From a virus: a DNA stretch of 64,000 nt. Below the pieces are notes generated by a model. It made no database searches and was not told where the DNA came from. It worked only from the letters and a program-made list of their open reading frames with translations. A program made the position numbers and the translations under genes. Where the stretch lies: IMG/VR virus record IMGVR_UViG_3300021961_000025, one strand, 5' to 3'. Numbering within the stretch: the stretch's first letter is position 1; each line of letters starts with the position of its first letter. Below are positions 17,243-27,283 of the stretch, one piece after another.

Positions 17243-17257
17243 ACATTTAGATTTACC

Positions 17258-17280
17258 TGCAAGAAAAAATAAAGTATAAT
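17258..17280 (+). promoter_or_regulatory. putative middle promoter TGCAA-N12-TATAAT
   Basis: Motif geometry. Confidence 0.6.
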
Positions 17281-17357
17281 GTATATTGTGGATGAATAGT
17301 AGCGAGAGTGAAGTCCATCCACATTTTATTAACACACAAACACACAGGAGAAAAATC

Positions 17358-17600
17358 ATGGCTAAACCTATGACACCTTTTGAAATACGTCTCGACCTAT
17401 TAAAAATGGCTAAAGAGATGTTGGAATCAGATTGTTACGCAAAGCGACAAGCAGCAGATAACAAATGGTTTCAAGATGTTGAAATTGCTCGTACTAAAGG
17501 CGAAGCAATTCCAGCAACACCAGAACTAGTACCATTCCCTACTGAAGAAAAAATAATCGCTAAGGCACAAGCACTTAACGACTTCATCAGTAATGGGTAA
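17358..17600 (+). CDS. conserved T4-like hypothetical protein
   Basis: TPFEIRLDLLKMAKEML...FPT...I..KA..LN.FI; AGGAGA SD. Confidence 0.65.
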   Translation: MAKPMTPFEIRLDLLKMAKEMLESDCYAKRQAADNKWFQDVEIARTKGEAIPATPELVPFPTEEKIIAKAQALNDFISNG

Positions 17601-17639
17601 TTAATAGGAGAGAGGGGAGCAATCCCCTCTCATTGACTT

Positions 17640-17897
17640 ATGGACATAAACTTAATATACGTTATTTTACTGGCAGTAATCTTTCTTGGACTATTTGCTG
17701 CTCCCTACTATACAATCAAAACAATTTTTATAATTTGTATGATTGGATTTCTTATTGGATTCCTTACAGGGTGCCAATCAGAGAATTGGAGTTTCACACC
17801 AAACGCAAAGATAAAAACAGATGAAATATCAAGAGACAAACCAACCAAAGGAATTGAAATCGAAGAAGTCCAAGGACAAATCGAATACAAATTCTAA
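17640..17897 (+). CDS. hypothetical membrane/lipoprotein
   Basis: Two hydrophobic segments followed by LTGC. Confidence 0.4.
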   Translation: MDINLIYVILLAVIFLGLFAAPYYTIKTIFIICMIGFLIGFLTGCQSENWSFTPNAKIKTDEISRDKPTKGIEIEEVQGQIEYKF

Positions 17898-17970
17898 ATA
17901 CTGTATTTACGATACAGCAATGAGATTTTGCTTATTGTTAAAAGATTGTAAATGCAAAAAATATTAATGA

Positions 17971-18276
17971 ATGGAGAAACACGTGATCAAGATTCTACAA
18001 CTAGCTAACGCAATGGAAATTATCTCAGAGATTGATGAACCAATCGCTGGAGAAATTCATGCTTCAAATCCTGCAATCATTATGCGTCAAATGCAGGGAG
18101 AAAAAATGGGATTAGGACTTGCTCCTTTTTGTCCATACTCTGACGATAAGAAACCAGTAGTATTTAATCGTGCACAAGTAATTGCAGAGATTACACCAAG
18201 CACTGGACTTGTAAATGAATACAATCGTATGTTCGGTTCAGGACTGGTAGTTCCAGAGAAAAAACTTATTATTTAA
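17971..18276 (+). CDS. conserved Sm-like hypothetical protein upstream of gene 43
   Basis: EYNRMFGSGLVVP C-terminal motif; synteny. Confidence 0.6.
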   Translation: MEKHVIKILQLANAMEIISEIDEPIAGEIHASNPAIIMRQMQGEKMGLGLAPFCPYSDDKKPVVFNRAQVIAEITPSTGLVNEYNRMFGSGLVVPEKKLII

Positions 18277-18278
18277 AC

Positions 18279-18307
18279 TTGACTTTTTCAAATTTTTGTA
18301 GTATAAT
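18279..18307 (+). promoter_or_regulatory. early promoter (gene 43)
   Basis: TTGACT-N17-TATAAT. Confidence 0.8.
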
Positions 18308-18320
18308 ATATTATTAATTT

Positions 18321-20825
18321 ATGGTTGGAGGAAGTTCTTTGTCGTTTTATACTAATGTTCACCAGTGGGGTAACACTTTGCTGGTTCGATCGATCGTCAA
18401 TGGTCGTCACAAACTTGATAAGATTAACTTCAAACCATCTGTTTGGACTACACAAGGCAAAGGTGATACCGAATACAAAACACTTGATGGTCGTCCTTGT
18501 TATGAGATTGAAATAGACTCTATCAAAGAGGCACGTGACTTTGTTGAACGTTACAAAGACGTAGCTGGATTCGAAATCCATGGTCAATTAAACTGGATGT
18601 ATCAGTGGCTGTGGAAACAGTATCCATCTGACATTCAATGGGATATGGATCAGATCCGTATCTATTCTCTCGATATCGAGACTTCTTCAGAAAATGGCTT
18701 TCCGTCTGTCGAGTTAGCAAATGAAGAAGTCCTTCTTATTTCCATTCAAAACTATAACACCAAAGAAATCCTAACTTGGGGTACTCGTCCATACACTGGC
18801 GATGCCACCAACTTCACATTTAAAGAATTCAAAAAAGAATCAGATATGCTAATCGACTTTGTTGATTGGTGGAAGAAGAACACACCTGACGTTGTTACAG
18901 GTTGGAATATTAACTTCTTCGATATCCCATTCTTGTATCGTCGTATCGCTAGAGTGATTGGCGAAGATTACGCTAAACAATTAAGTCCTTGGAAGATTAC
19001 CAAAGAACGTGAGATCTTTGTTCGTGGTAACAAAGAGTTTGCTTATGATATCGCTGGAGTAAGTCAGCTTGACTTCCTAGATCTTTATAAGAAATATACT
19101 TATACAATGCAAGAGTCTTATCGTCTTGACAATATCGCTAAGGTTGAGTTGGGCGAAGAGAAATTAGATCATACTGAATACGCAACGTTCCAGGAATTCT
19201 ATCAAAACAATTGGAATAAGTTTGTTGAGTATAACGTTCACGACGTTGTGTTGGTTGACAAACTCGAAGATAAAATGCGATTGATTGAACTTCAATTGAC
19301 TATGGCGTATGGTGGTAAGATTAATTATGAAGATGTATTCTCACAAGTTAGAATGTGGGATATGCTTGTTCATAATCACTTACGTGAAGACAATATCATT
19401 ATCCCTCCGAAAAAATCTAATAGCAAATCCTCTCAATATGAGGGTGCTTATGTAAAAGATCCATTGGTTGGTATGCATAAGTGGATTGCTTCATTTGACT
19501 TGAACTCTCTATATCCACATTTGATTATGCAATATAATATCTCACCTGAAACTCTTTTGCCTTATGGTGAAAAGTCTGGTGTTGAACATTACCTACGTAA
19601 CAAAGCAGAACCACAAACTGATGTAGCTGTTGCTGCAAATGGTAGTTGTTATCGAAAAGATAAGATTGGTGTATTCCCTAAGATTATGGAAGATCTTTAT
19701 CGTGAGCGAACAGTAGCGAAAAAAGAAATGCTTGCTGCTGAACAACAGTATCAGAATACAAAAGATCCTGCGTATAAAAAGATTATCTCTCGAAAGAACA
19801 ATCTACAAATGGCGATGAAGATCGCATTGAACTCTGCTTATGGTGCAATGGGTAATGAATGGTTCCGATACTTTGATATTCGTATGGCTGAAGCAATTAC
19901 AGTTTCTGGTCAGTTATCCATTCGTTGGATTCACGATAAGATGAATGAGTATCTTAATAAGATTATCGGAACGACTGGCGTAGATTATATTATTGCTGTT
20001 GATACCGATTCAATTTATGTAACGTTTGAAAAACTAATTGATAAAGTATTTACGGAAGAACAACAAAAAGATACAGCAAAGGTTATTCGTTTTATGGATA
20101 AGATTTGCGAAGAGAAGTTTCAACCATTCATTGATGATTGTTATGTTGATCTCGCAAAACGTATGAATGCGTTTGATCAAAAGATGAATATGAAACGAGA
20201 AGTATTGGCTGACAAAGGTATCTGGACTGCCAAGAAACGATATGTTCTTTCAGTGCATAACTCTGAGGGTGTTCAATACGCTGAACCAAAATTAAAAGTA
20301 ATGGGATTGGAGATGATTAAATCTTCAACTCCTCAAGCAATTCGTGAAGCATTGCGACATGCTTTACCAGTTATTCTCCATAAAACTCAATCAGATCTTT
20401 ACTCCTTTATTAATGAGTTTCGTGAGAAGTATGATACCTTATCGGTCGAGGACATTGCGTTTCCTAGATCGGTAAATGGTATCAAGACGTATGGTGATCC
20501 TTCACACATTTATACTAAAGGAACACCATTCCATTGTCGTGGTGCATTAGTTTATAATTATCATCTTAAAGATAAAAAATTAACTAATCGTTATCCATTG
20601 ATTAAAGAGGGCGAAAAGATTAAGTATGTATTCTTGAAAGTCCCTAACACTGTGCAAGAAAACGTCATTTCTTTCATATCTGAATTACCGAAAGAACTGG
20701 ATCTTCACAAATACATAGACTATGATATGCAATTCGAGAAGTCTTTTCTAGATGCTTTACAAATCGTTGTCCATCCATTAGGTTGGAAGGTAAGGGAAAC
20801 AGCTAGTCTTGAAGACTTCTTCTAA
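18321..20825 (+). CDS. 43: family B DNA polymerase (start probably TTG 18339)
   Basis: DIET exonuclease motif, SFDLNSLYPH, KIALNSAYG, DTDS, KKRY, C-terminal SLEDFF clamp-binding motif. Confidence 0.98.
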   Translation: MVGGSSLSFYTNVHQWGNTLLVRSIVNGRHKLDKINFKPSVWTTQGKGDTEYKTLDGRPCYEIEIDSIKEARDFVERYKDVAGFEIHGQLNWMYQWLWKQYPSDIQWDMDQIRIYSLDIETSSENGFPSVELANEEVLLISIQNYNTKEILTWGTRPYTGDATNFTFKEFKKESDMLIDFVDWWKKNTPDVVTGWNINFFDIPFLYRRIARVIGEDYAKQLSPWKITKEREIFVRGNKEFAYDIAGVSQLDFLDLYKKYTYTMQESYRLDNIAKVELGEEKLDHTEYATFQEFYQNNWNKFVEYNVHDVVLVDKLEDKMRLIELQLTMAYGGKINYEDVFSQVRMWDMLVHNHLREDNIIIPPKKSNSKSSQYEGAYVKDPLVGMHKWIASFDLNSLYPHLIMQYNISPETLLPYGEKSGVEHYLRNKAEPQTDVAVAANGSCYRKDKIGVFPKIMEDLYRERTVAKKEMLAAEQQYQNTKDPAYKKIISRKNNLQMAMKIALNSAYGAMGNEWFRYFDIRMAEAITVSGQLSIRWIHDKMNEYLNKIIGTTGVDYIIAVDTDSIYVTFEKLIDKVFTEEQQKDTAKVIRFMDKICEEKFQPFIDDCYVDLAKRMNAFDQKMNMKREVLADKGIWTAKKRYVLSVHNSEGVQYAEPKLKVMGLEMIKSSTPQAIREALRHALPVILHKTQSDLYSFINEFREKYDTLSVEDIAFPRSVNGIKTYGDPSHIYTKGTPFHCRGALVYNYHLKDKKLTNRYPLIKEGEKIKYVFLKVPNTVQENVISFISELPKELDLHKYIDYDMQFEKSFLDALQIVVHPLGWKVRETASLEDFF

Positions 20826-20854
20826 AATCCTTGTAAAACCTTGTGAAATAGGTG

Positions 20855-20883
20855 TTGACTTTTTACAAGAAATGTAGTATAAT
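20855..20883 (+). promoter_or_regulatory. early promoter
   Basis: TTGACT-N17-TATAAT. Confidence 0.85.
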
Positions 20884-20898
20884 AGTCGTTGAAAATAA

Positions 20899-21414
20899 AT
20901 GAAAGGAACAAATATGTTTAAAAAACTAATCCCTGCTGTAGCACTTATTGCTATGGTGGCAAATCCAGCACTTGCAAATGCAAATAATGGATATTACGCA
21001 GTTGTTGAAAACGTTATCAATAACACAAAAACTATTTCAACTCCACAACAAGTATGTACACAACAGCTTGTAACTGAGAGAGTCGATAATCAAGACTTGA
21101 TTGGTGGTGTTGAGGGTGTTATCGGTGGTATTGCTGGTGGTGTAATCGGTAATCAAATCGGTAAAGGTAATGGTAATCAAATTGCAACTGTACTAGGTGC
21201 AATCATTGGTAACAGAGCAATGGCTAAACCTGGAAAACCAGAATACAAACAAGTTGAGAGAATGGTATGTAATACTGTTTACGAAAGTAAAACTCAAACT
21301 GTTGACTACACTGTTACTTTAAGGTATAATGGTGTTGTTTGGAATACGACTATGCTTTCTGCTCCACCAATTGGATCGAAAGTAAGAGTAAATGGTATTT
21401 CTGTTGGCGAATAA
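20899..21414 (+). CDS. secreted glycine-zipper 2TM protein
   Basis: Signal peptide; GGIAGGVIGNQIGKGNG...ATVLGAIIG. Confidence 0.75.
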   Translation: MKGTNMFKKLIPAVALIAMVANPALANANNGYYAVVENVINNTKTISTPQQVCTQQLVTERVDNQDLIGGVEGVIGGIAGGVIGNQIGKGNGNQIATVLGAIIGNRAMAKPGKPEYKQVERMVCNTVYESKTQTVDYTVTLRYNGVVWNTTMLSAPPIGSKVRVNGISVGE

Positions 21415-21438
21415 TTATATTAATCTAAACTAGGAGTC

Positions 21439-22497
21439 GTGATGAACTATTTAAAAGACATGGTAAAAAGTCTTGACAATGAGTATGCTGGACTTGCCGA
21501 TTCAGGCATTGTTGGTGATACTACACAGTTTATCGATACAGGTTCTTATTCTTTCAATGCATTGTTGAGTGGATCAATTTATGGTGGTCTACCTAACAAC
21601 AAGGTAACTGCATTGGCAGGTGAGTCCAGTACTGGTAAAACTTTCTTTGCTCTAGGAGTTTGTAAAAACTTTCTAGACTCGCATCCAGAGGCAGGTATTT
21701 TATACTTCGAATCTGAGGGTGCATTGACTAAAGATATTTTAGTCGAACGTGGAATCGATCCAAAGCGATTTGTATTAATTCCAGTTACAACTATTCAAGA
21801 ATTTAGAACTTCAGCAATGAAGATTCTTGACAATCATCAAAATGTTCCAAAAGATGCTCGTAAACCTATTATGTTCGTTCTTGACTCATTGGGTATGCTT
21901 TCAACTGAGAAAGAAGTCCAAGACGTTTCAGATGGAAAAGATGTTCGTGATATGACTCGTGCACAACTTGTGCGTGGTGCATTCCGAGTGTTGTCATTGA
22001 AACTTTCTAAACTTGACGTACCTATGATTGTAACAAATCATACATATGATGTAATTGGTTCTTATGTTCCAACTAAAGATATGGGTGGTGGTGGAGGATT
22101 GAAATATGCTGCATCAACTATCGTGTTCTTAAGTAAGTCTAAAGACAAAGACGGAACAGAAGTAATTGGTAATATCATTAAATGTAATCTACAAAAATCT
22201 CGTTTCACTAAAGAGAACTCAAGATGTGAATCTAAACTTAACTTCAAAACAGGTTTAGATCGTTATCACGGATTGACTGATCTTGCAGTTGAAGCAGGTA
22301 TTTGGGAGTCGTCTGGTGGACGTATTACTGTTGATGGTAAAAAAGTTTTTGGTAAAAACATTGCACAAAATCCAGAACAATTCTTTACTGATGAAGTAAT
22401 GAAGAAATTGGATGTTTATGTTGGCACCAAATACAAATATGGTACAGGTGATGTTGTCGAAACAGAAGTGGAAGAGACTCTTGAAACTGAAGAATAA
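21439..22497 (+). CDS. uvsX: RecA-like recombinase UvsX
   Basis: AGESSTGKT, LDSLGML, TNHTY, MGGG.GLKYAAS. Confidence 0.96.
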   Translation: MMNYLKDMVKSLDNEYAGLADSGIVGDTTQFIDTGSYSFNALLSGSIYGGLPNNKVTALAGESSTGKTFFALGVCKNFLDSHPEAGILYFESEGALTKDILVERGIDPKRFVLIPVTTIQEFRTSAMKILDNHQNVPKDARKPIMFVLDSLGMLSTEKEVQDVSDGKDVRDMTRAQLVRGAFRVLSLKLSKLDVPMIVTNHTYDVIGSYVPTKDMGGGGGLKYAASTIVFLSKSKDKDGTEVIGNIIKCNLQKSRFTKENSRCESKLNFKTGLDRYHGLTDLAVEAGIWESSGGRITVDGKKVFGKNIAQNPEQFFTDEVMKKLDVYVGTKYKYGTGDVVETEVEETLETEE

Positions 22498-23020
22498 TAC
22501 ACCTATCAATGCCGAGTTTACTGAGCAGGTTGAGGAAACTCAGCCTGTTCTTCAAACTAATAAAGGGGAGATGCCAGCATTCCCTTTACTTTCTAAAGAT
22601 TCGTTTGAATCCGAAGAGGCATATTTAAAAGCAAAAGATGATTATGAAAAGGGACTCACTCATTTTCCTGGAGTCCCACATGAAGTATTAAAAGAATATG
22701 GCAATACAGGTTTTAATAAAATACGCTTTACTGCAGGATTATTAGAGGGTATAATAGTCTCTTTTGGTAGAGTTAATTTTAACACAGAAGACAATGGTGA
22801 AATTAAGTTATCATTCGACTATGAAACGGATGGTAAGCCAAAGTATCGAATGGTTCACAAGGAAGAAATGGAAAAGCTACTTGGGGACTTTTTAATGTCA
22901 CTGATCGAAGAAGAGATGCGTACTAAAAAAGCAATCTTCCAAGGTGGCAAAGATGAAATGGAGAAATATATTAATGACGAGAATAGAAACAACAATCCTG
23001 AAGAATCTGATTCACGATGA
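22412..23020 (+). CDS. hypothetical protein in the gp40 position (start uncertain)
   Basis: Between uvsX and 41 as in T4; beta-rich core. Confidence 0.45.
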   Translation: MFMLAPNTNMVQVMLSKQKWKRLLKLKNNTPINAEFTEQVEETQPVLQTNKGEMPAFPLLSKDSFESEEAYLKAKDDYEKGLTHFPGVPHEVLKEYGNTGFNKIRFTAGLLEGIIVSFGRVNFNTEDNGEIKLSFDYETDGKPKYRMVHKEEMEKLLGDFLMSLIEEEMRTKKAIFQGGKDEMEKYINDENRNNNPEESDSR

Positions 23021-24368
23021 GGAATATCTACGTAAGGTAGTACCACATTTATCAGACAAATACTTCGGTGATCAAATTGAAAAAGCAATCGCTGAGAACA
23101 TCATCGAATTCTTTGGTAAGTATAACAAAGCACCAACACAAGAAATCCTAGCAATCGAACTAGGTAATCGTAAGGATCTATTCCAAGACGATTTCAAAAA
23201 AGCAACTTCTTATATTGATAAACTTACACCTGAAACAACTAACAAAGATTGGTTGATTGATGAAACTGAAAAGTGGTGTAAGAATCGAGCAGTCTATAAT
23301 TCTATTATGGATTCAATTAAGATTATTGATGGTCGTGATAAGCAACACAATCAAGATGCCATTCCTCATCTATTACAAACAGCACTTGGTGTATCCTTTG
23401 ACAAATCTGTAGGGCATGATTATATTGACGACTATGAAGCACGATACGAATTCTATCATCGTGTTGAAGAAAAGATTCCATTTGATCTAGACATGTTAAA
23501 CACCATTACACGTGGTGGATTATCTAAGAAAACTCTAAACATTATCCTTGCAGGTACTGGCGTTGGTAAGTCACTCTTTATGTGTCACCATGCAGCATCA
23601 GTTCTAATGCAAGGTAAAAACGTATTATACATATCTCTAGAGATGGCTGAAGAACGTATTGCTGAACGTATCGATGCAAATCTATTGAATCTTGGTATGG
23701 ATGAATTGAAAGTAGTTGATAAAACTATCTTCGGTAATCGTGTTAAAAAGATTTCTGATAAAACACAAGGTAAGTTGATCGTTAAAGAATATCCAACTGC
23801 GAGTGCACATTCTGGTCACTTCCGTGCATTACTTGAAGAATTGAAAATGAAAAGAGACTTTACGCCAGATATCGTCTTTATTGATTATTTGAATATTTGT
23901 TCTTCACAAAGATTGCGTGCAGGGGGAAATATTAATTCTTATACATATGTAAAGGCAATTGCTGAAGAATTGCGTGGTTTGGGAGTAGAGTATAACGTAC
24001 CTATCGTTTCTGCAACTCAAACGACAAGATCTGGTTATACCAATACTGATTTGGGATTAGAAGATACTTCTGAATCGTTTGGTTTACCTGCAACTGCTGA
24101 CTTGATGATTGCTCTTATTTCTACTGAAGAACTAGAGGAACTTGGTCAGTTAATGGTTAAACAATTGAAGAATCGATATAACGATCCATCTTATTATAAG
24201 AGATTTGTAATTGGCGTTGATCGTTCGAAGATGAAATTGTTTAATGTAGAATTATCGGCTCAACAGAATATTGCAGATAGTGGGCAAGGTAAACAAAAAG
24301 AAGAGAAGTCTTTATTTGATCAATCCCCAATCGGTAAGAGATTGGCTACTGAAGGATTCAAATTTTGA
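22974..24368 (+). CDS. 41: replicative DNA helicase
   Basis: AGTGVGKS, SLEMAEE, IDYLNI, ATQTTR, SESFGLPATAD, KNRY. Confidence 0.97.
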   Translation: MTRIETTILKNLIHDEEYLRKVVPHLSDKYFGDQIEKAIAENIIEFFGKYNKAPTQEILAIELGNRKDLFQDDFKKATSYIDKLTPETTNKDWLIDETEKWCKNRAVYNSIMDSIKIIDGRDKQHNQDAIPHLLQTALGVSFDKSVGHDYIDDYEARYEFYHRVEEKIPFDLDMLNTITRGGLSKKTLNIILAGTGVGKSLFMCHHAASVLMQGKNVLYISLEMAEERIAERIDANLLNLGMDELKVVDKTIFGNRVKKISDKTQGKLIVKEYPTASAHSGHFRALLEELKMKRDFTPDIVFIDYLNICSSQRLRAGGNINSYTYVKAIAEELRGLGVEYNVPIVSATQTTRSGYTNTDLGLEDTSESFGLPATADLMIALISTEELEELGQLMVKQLKNRYNDPSYYKRFVIGVDRSKMKLFNVELSAQQNIADSGQGKQKEEKSLFDQSPIGKRLATEGFKF

Positions 24369-24369
24369 T

Positions 24370-24392
24370 TGCAACAAATAATAGTGTATAAT
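24370..24392 (+). promoter_or_regulatory. putative middle promoter driving the modification locus
   Basis: TGCAA-N12-TATAAT. Confidence 0.6.
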
Positions 24393-24424
24393 ACTAATAA
24401 ACAAAGAACGAAAGAGAAAAAACA

Positions 24425-25720
24425 ATGGTAAAAACTATCACAGCACCTATCAAATATGATGCTGAACATCTAGTTGGACAGTTTGTTGACGAGTCCCACT
24501 ATGATACTCTGATTGAAGAGGATTGTGATTTTTATGCGCCAACTCCAGTTGGTGAAGAAAATAGCGAAGAAAATATTATTTTCAAGTTTCGTAAAAATTA
24601 CTTCACGAAAGAAGAACAAGATACTGCTTACGCTGGTTTGCGTGAAGCAGCAGTAGAAACTCAAAATCGTGGTATGGCAGCAGGACCAAAAGCTGGTTCT
24701 CTTGGCAATCGTGAATGGGTTACTGAATACCAAATGGAAATTATGGATGCGTTTTGCAAACCTACAGAAAATCTATTTGGTGTAGATCGTATCGACGAGA
24801 TTAAGAATAAGTATGGTGACAATCGTGCATCTGCTCCATCTTCTCGTGGAGTTGTTTGGTCAATTAACCGAACTAAAGATGAAGGATTCGAATTTGATGC
24901 ATGGGTTGAAGACACTCGTAAGATGTCTCAAGATGATGCAAAGACAGAATCTGAGCGAGTATTGAAGCAGTTGGTATGTGCCACTACTTATGCTAACTCA
25001 GTATTCTCAGGTATCGCTGGATTCTTTGATCGTTATCCTCGTATTCCATGGGGACGTCCAACAGCATTTACTGAAAAGAATCAAGCCAAGTATGAAATGG
25101 CATTCCCATTCCTACAACATTTGAGTAAGGGATTCAAAGATCTATTACCTATTCGTTATGGTAAGCAAATTGCTGCATGCGAAAAACTAGATTCAAAATT
25201 TGTTATTCCTGGAACACCATTCACTACTGTCACAGTAAATAAAACTTTTAGAACTGCTGCACACCGAGATGCTGGAGATTTGAACGATGGATTCTCGAAC
25301 CTTACTGTTGTCTCTAATAATGGTAAGTATGTGGGTGGTTATCTCGTCTTTCCTGAGTTTCGTGTTGCAGTAAACATTCGTCCTGGAGATCTACTTCTTG
25401 TGAACAATCACGAGGGTATCCATGGCAATACTGAAATGACAGCTGAAGAGGGAGCAGAGCGTATATCATTCGTTTGTTACTTCCGTGAGAAAATGCTAGA
25501 ACTTGGTTCTTGGGATTACGAAATGACTCGTAAACAGTTTGTTGAAGATCGTAAGAATAACAAAGAGCATCCTCAACAAAAGCATTTGTGGAATGGCGTA
25601 AGCGAAGGTATGTGGGAAAGTCAAGAGTGGTATGATTATCTAACAGAACGATTGGGTGAGAATACTGTAATGACTTATCATCCTAATGCTGTTAAGTCTT
25701 CACTTGAGGCATTCTTTTAA
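24425..25720 (+). CDS. TET/JBP-family 2OG-Fe(II) dioxygenase
   Basis: FTTVTVN..FRTAAHRDAGD (HxD), GGYLVFP, HEGIHGNT (distal H), RISFVCYFRE; C-terminal SLEAFF clamp-binding-like motif. Confidence 0.85.
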   Translation: MVKTITAPIKYDAEHLVGQFVDESHYDTLIEEDCDFYAPTPVGEENSEENIIFKFRKNYFTKEEQDTAYAGLREAAVETQNRGMAAGPKAGSLGNREWVTEYQMEIMDAFCKPTENLFGVDRIDEIKNKYGDNRASAPSSRGVVWSINRTKDEGFEFDAWVEDTRKMSQDDAKTESERVLKQLVCATTYANSVFSGIAGFFDRYPRIPWGRPTAFTEKNQAKYEMAFPFLQHLSKGFKDLLPIRYGKQIAACEKLDSKFVIPGTPFTTVTVNKTFRTAAHRDAGDLNDGFSNLTVVSNNGKYVGGYLVFPEFRVAVNIRPGDLLLVNNHEGIHGNTEMTAEEGAERISFVCYFREKMLELGSWDYEMTRKQFVEDRKNNKEHPQQKHLWNGVSEGMWESQEWYDYLTERLGENTVMTYHPNAVKSSLEAFF

Positions 25721-26415
25721 TGTGCGCAATCGTTGGTATCTCAATCAAAGGTATAACACCTCAACAAGAATTACGTGTAGAACGATTAATTCGTGAAGCA
25801 ATGATTCGTGGTAAACATGCCACTGGAGTTAGTTATATCCAAAAAGGTAAACTACAATCTATAAAAGAACCTATCCCTGCAGATGAATTTATGCAGAAGT
25901 ATCCAATCGACAACTTTGTTGATTTAGATGGATGGAAACGTGATCTCTTTATGATTGTTCATTGCAGATATTCAACGTCAGATATTAAATACAACCAACC
26001 CTTTTTCAATAAGAGTTTTTCACTAGCACACAATGGTGTGATTAGTCAAGAACTACCAGAGAATTGGGAAAAACTGTATGGCTTTAAATGTGAGACCAAG
26101 AACGACAGTGAACTACTCTTTCACACTGTCGTTGCTGGTCAATCACCACTTAAAGTTTGGCAGGAATCCTCAATTGCAGCAGTAGAATTATATGATAATT
26201 ACAATCTTCGTTTTTATCGTAATGGTCGAAGACCACTGCACTTGACTGATATTGGTACTGGGTATATAATTACTTCTACGAAAGATATTGTTAAACGATC
26301 AGGATTTGATATTATAGATGAACAGGGAGTTGTTCCTGGAACTTATTTTAATCTTGAGAAAGACCATACTATGTCGTTTGAAGATTCAGGAGTGAAAATA
26401 GATGACTTACAATAA
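25720..26415 (+). CDS. class II (Ntn) glutamine amidotransferase
   Basis: N-terminal MC, RG.HATG, HCRYST, QP, HNGVI, NDSE. Confidence 0.88.
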   Translation: MCAIVGISIKGITPQQELRVERLIREAMIRGKHATGVSYIQKGKLQSIKEPIPADEFMQKYPIDNFVDLDGWKRDLFMIVHCRYSTSDIKYNQPFFNKSFSLAHNGVISQELPENWEKLYGFKCETKNDSELLFHTVVAGQSPLKVWQESSIAAVELYDNYNLRFYRNGRRPLHLTDIGTGYIITSTKDIVKRSGFDIIDEQGVVPGTYFNLEKDHTMSFEDSGVKIDDLQ

Positions 26416-27283
26416 AGAAAATTTTACATGGGGTTATGAAGTAGAATGGGGCGATATCGATCGTCGTCTAACTATCCCTGCAGATCTCGGTAAGTGGGAA
26501 TATGCAGAAACTGATATTGTTAATCTACACGAACCTTTCCAATATATTGCTTGCGATCCACTAGGTGAAGAACCATATATGGGTGGCGAAGTAAATATGA
26601 TGCCGACTAAAACTTGGCAAGAACAAGTAGATCGTATTATCGACCTACGAGAGTTTTTCAAATACCACGGAAACCAACCTACTGCGTCTTGTGTTAATCA
26701 CGGACATCTACACGTTTATGTTCCTGGATTGAAAGATGACATCGGTGCTCTTAAGAAACTGATTGCTTATATCAAAGCAAATCAAAATGCAGTAATTGAA
26801 CATTGTTATGGGTTTTACGATCATCCAGAAATGAAGAACAGTAAAGGTGCAAAGATGTATCTTAAGTTTGATGGTGGTCGTCCAATGCCAGATTATATGT
26901 GTGACAATATTATTAATCTTGCTACCGACTTTGATCATTTTATTAAACTCCATGCTGCAGGTAAAGATGGTGTGTCAATGGGTAGACCATTTAGATTCGC
27001 TATTAATACCTATTGTATGAAACATACTGGAACAATTGAGTTTCGTTGTTTCCGATCTACAACTGATACACAACAGATTAAAGATCAGTTTAAATTTGCT
27101 GAGAAGTTTGTTGATGCAGCATTGAACGATGGACCAAGTGTAGAAAACATTTTATTCGAACAAGGTTATAATTATAACTTTCCTCCATTTGTATGGGACT
27201 GGAAAGAATATAATGGTTGGGTAAATACCAAATACGAAAAAGAGCGTGGTAATAAAGTAAGAGAATACCATGAAGTTGCATAA
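26402..27283 (+). CDS. amidoligase (COOH-NH2 ligase / GCS-GS fold)
   Basis: GYEVEW, GGEVN..PT, HLHV, TIEFRCF. Confidence 0.75.
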   Translation: MTYNKENFTWGYEVEWGDIDRRLTIPADLGKWEYAETDIVNLHEPFQYIACDPLGEEPYMGGEVNMMPTKTWQEQVDRIIDLREFFKYHGNQPTASCVNHGHLHVYVPGLKDDIGALKKLIAYIKANQNAVIEHCYGFYDHPEMKNSKGAKMYLKFDGGRPMPDYMCDNIINLATDFDHFIKLHAAGKDGVSMGRPFRFAINTYCMKHTGTIEFRCFRSTTDTQQIKDQFKFAEKFVDAALNDGPSVENILFEQGYNYNFPPFVWDWKEYNGWVNTKYEKERGNKVREYHEVA

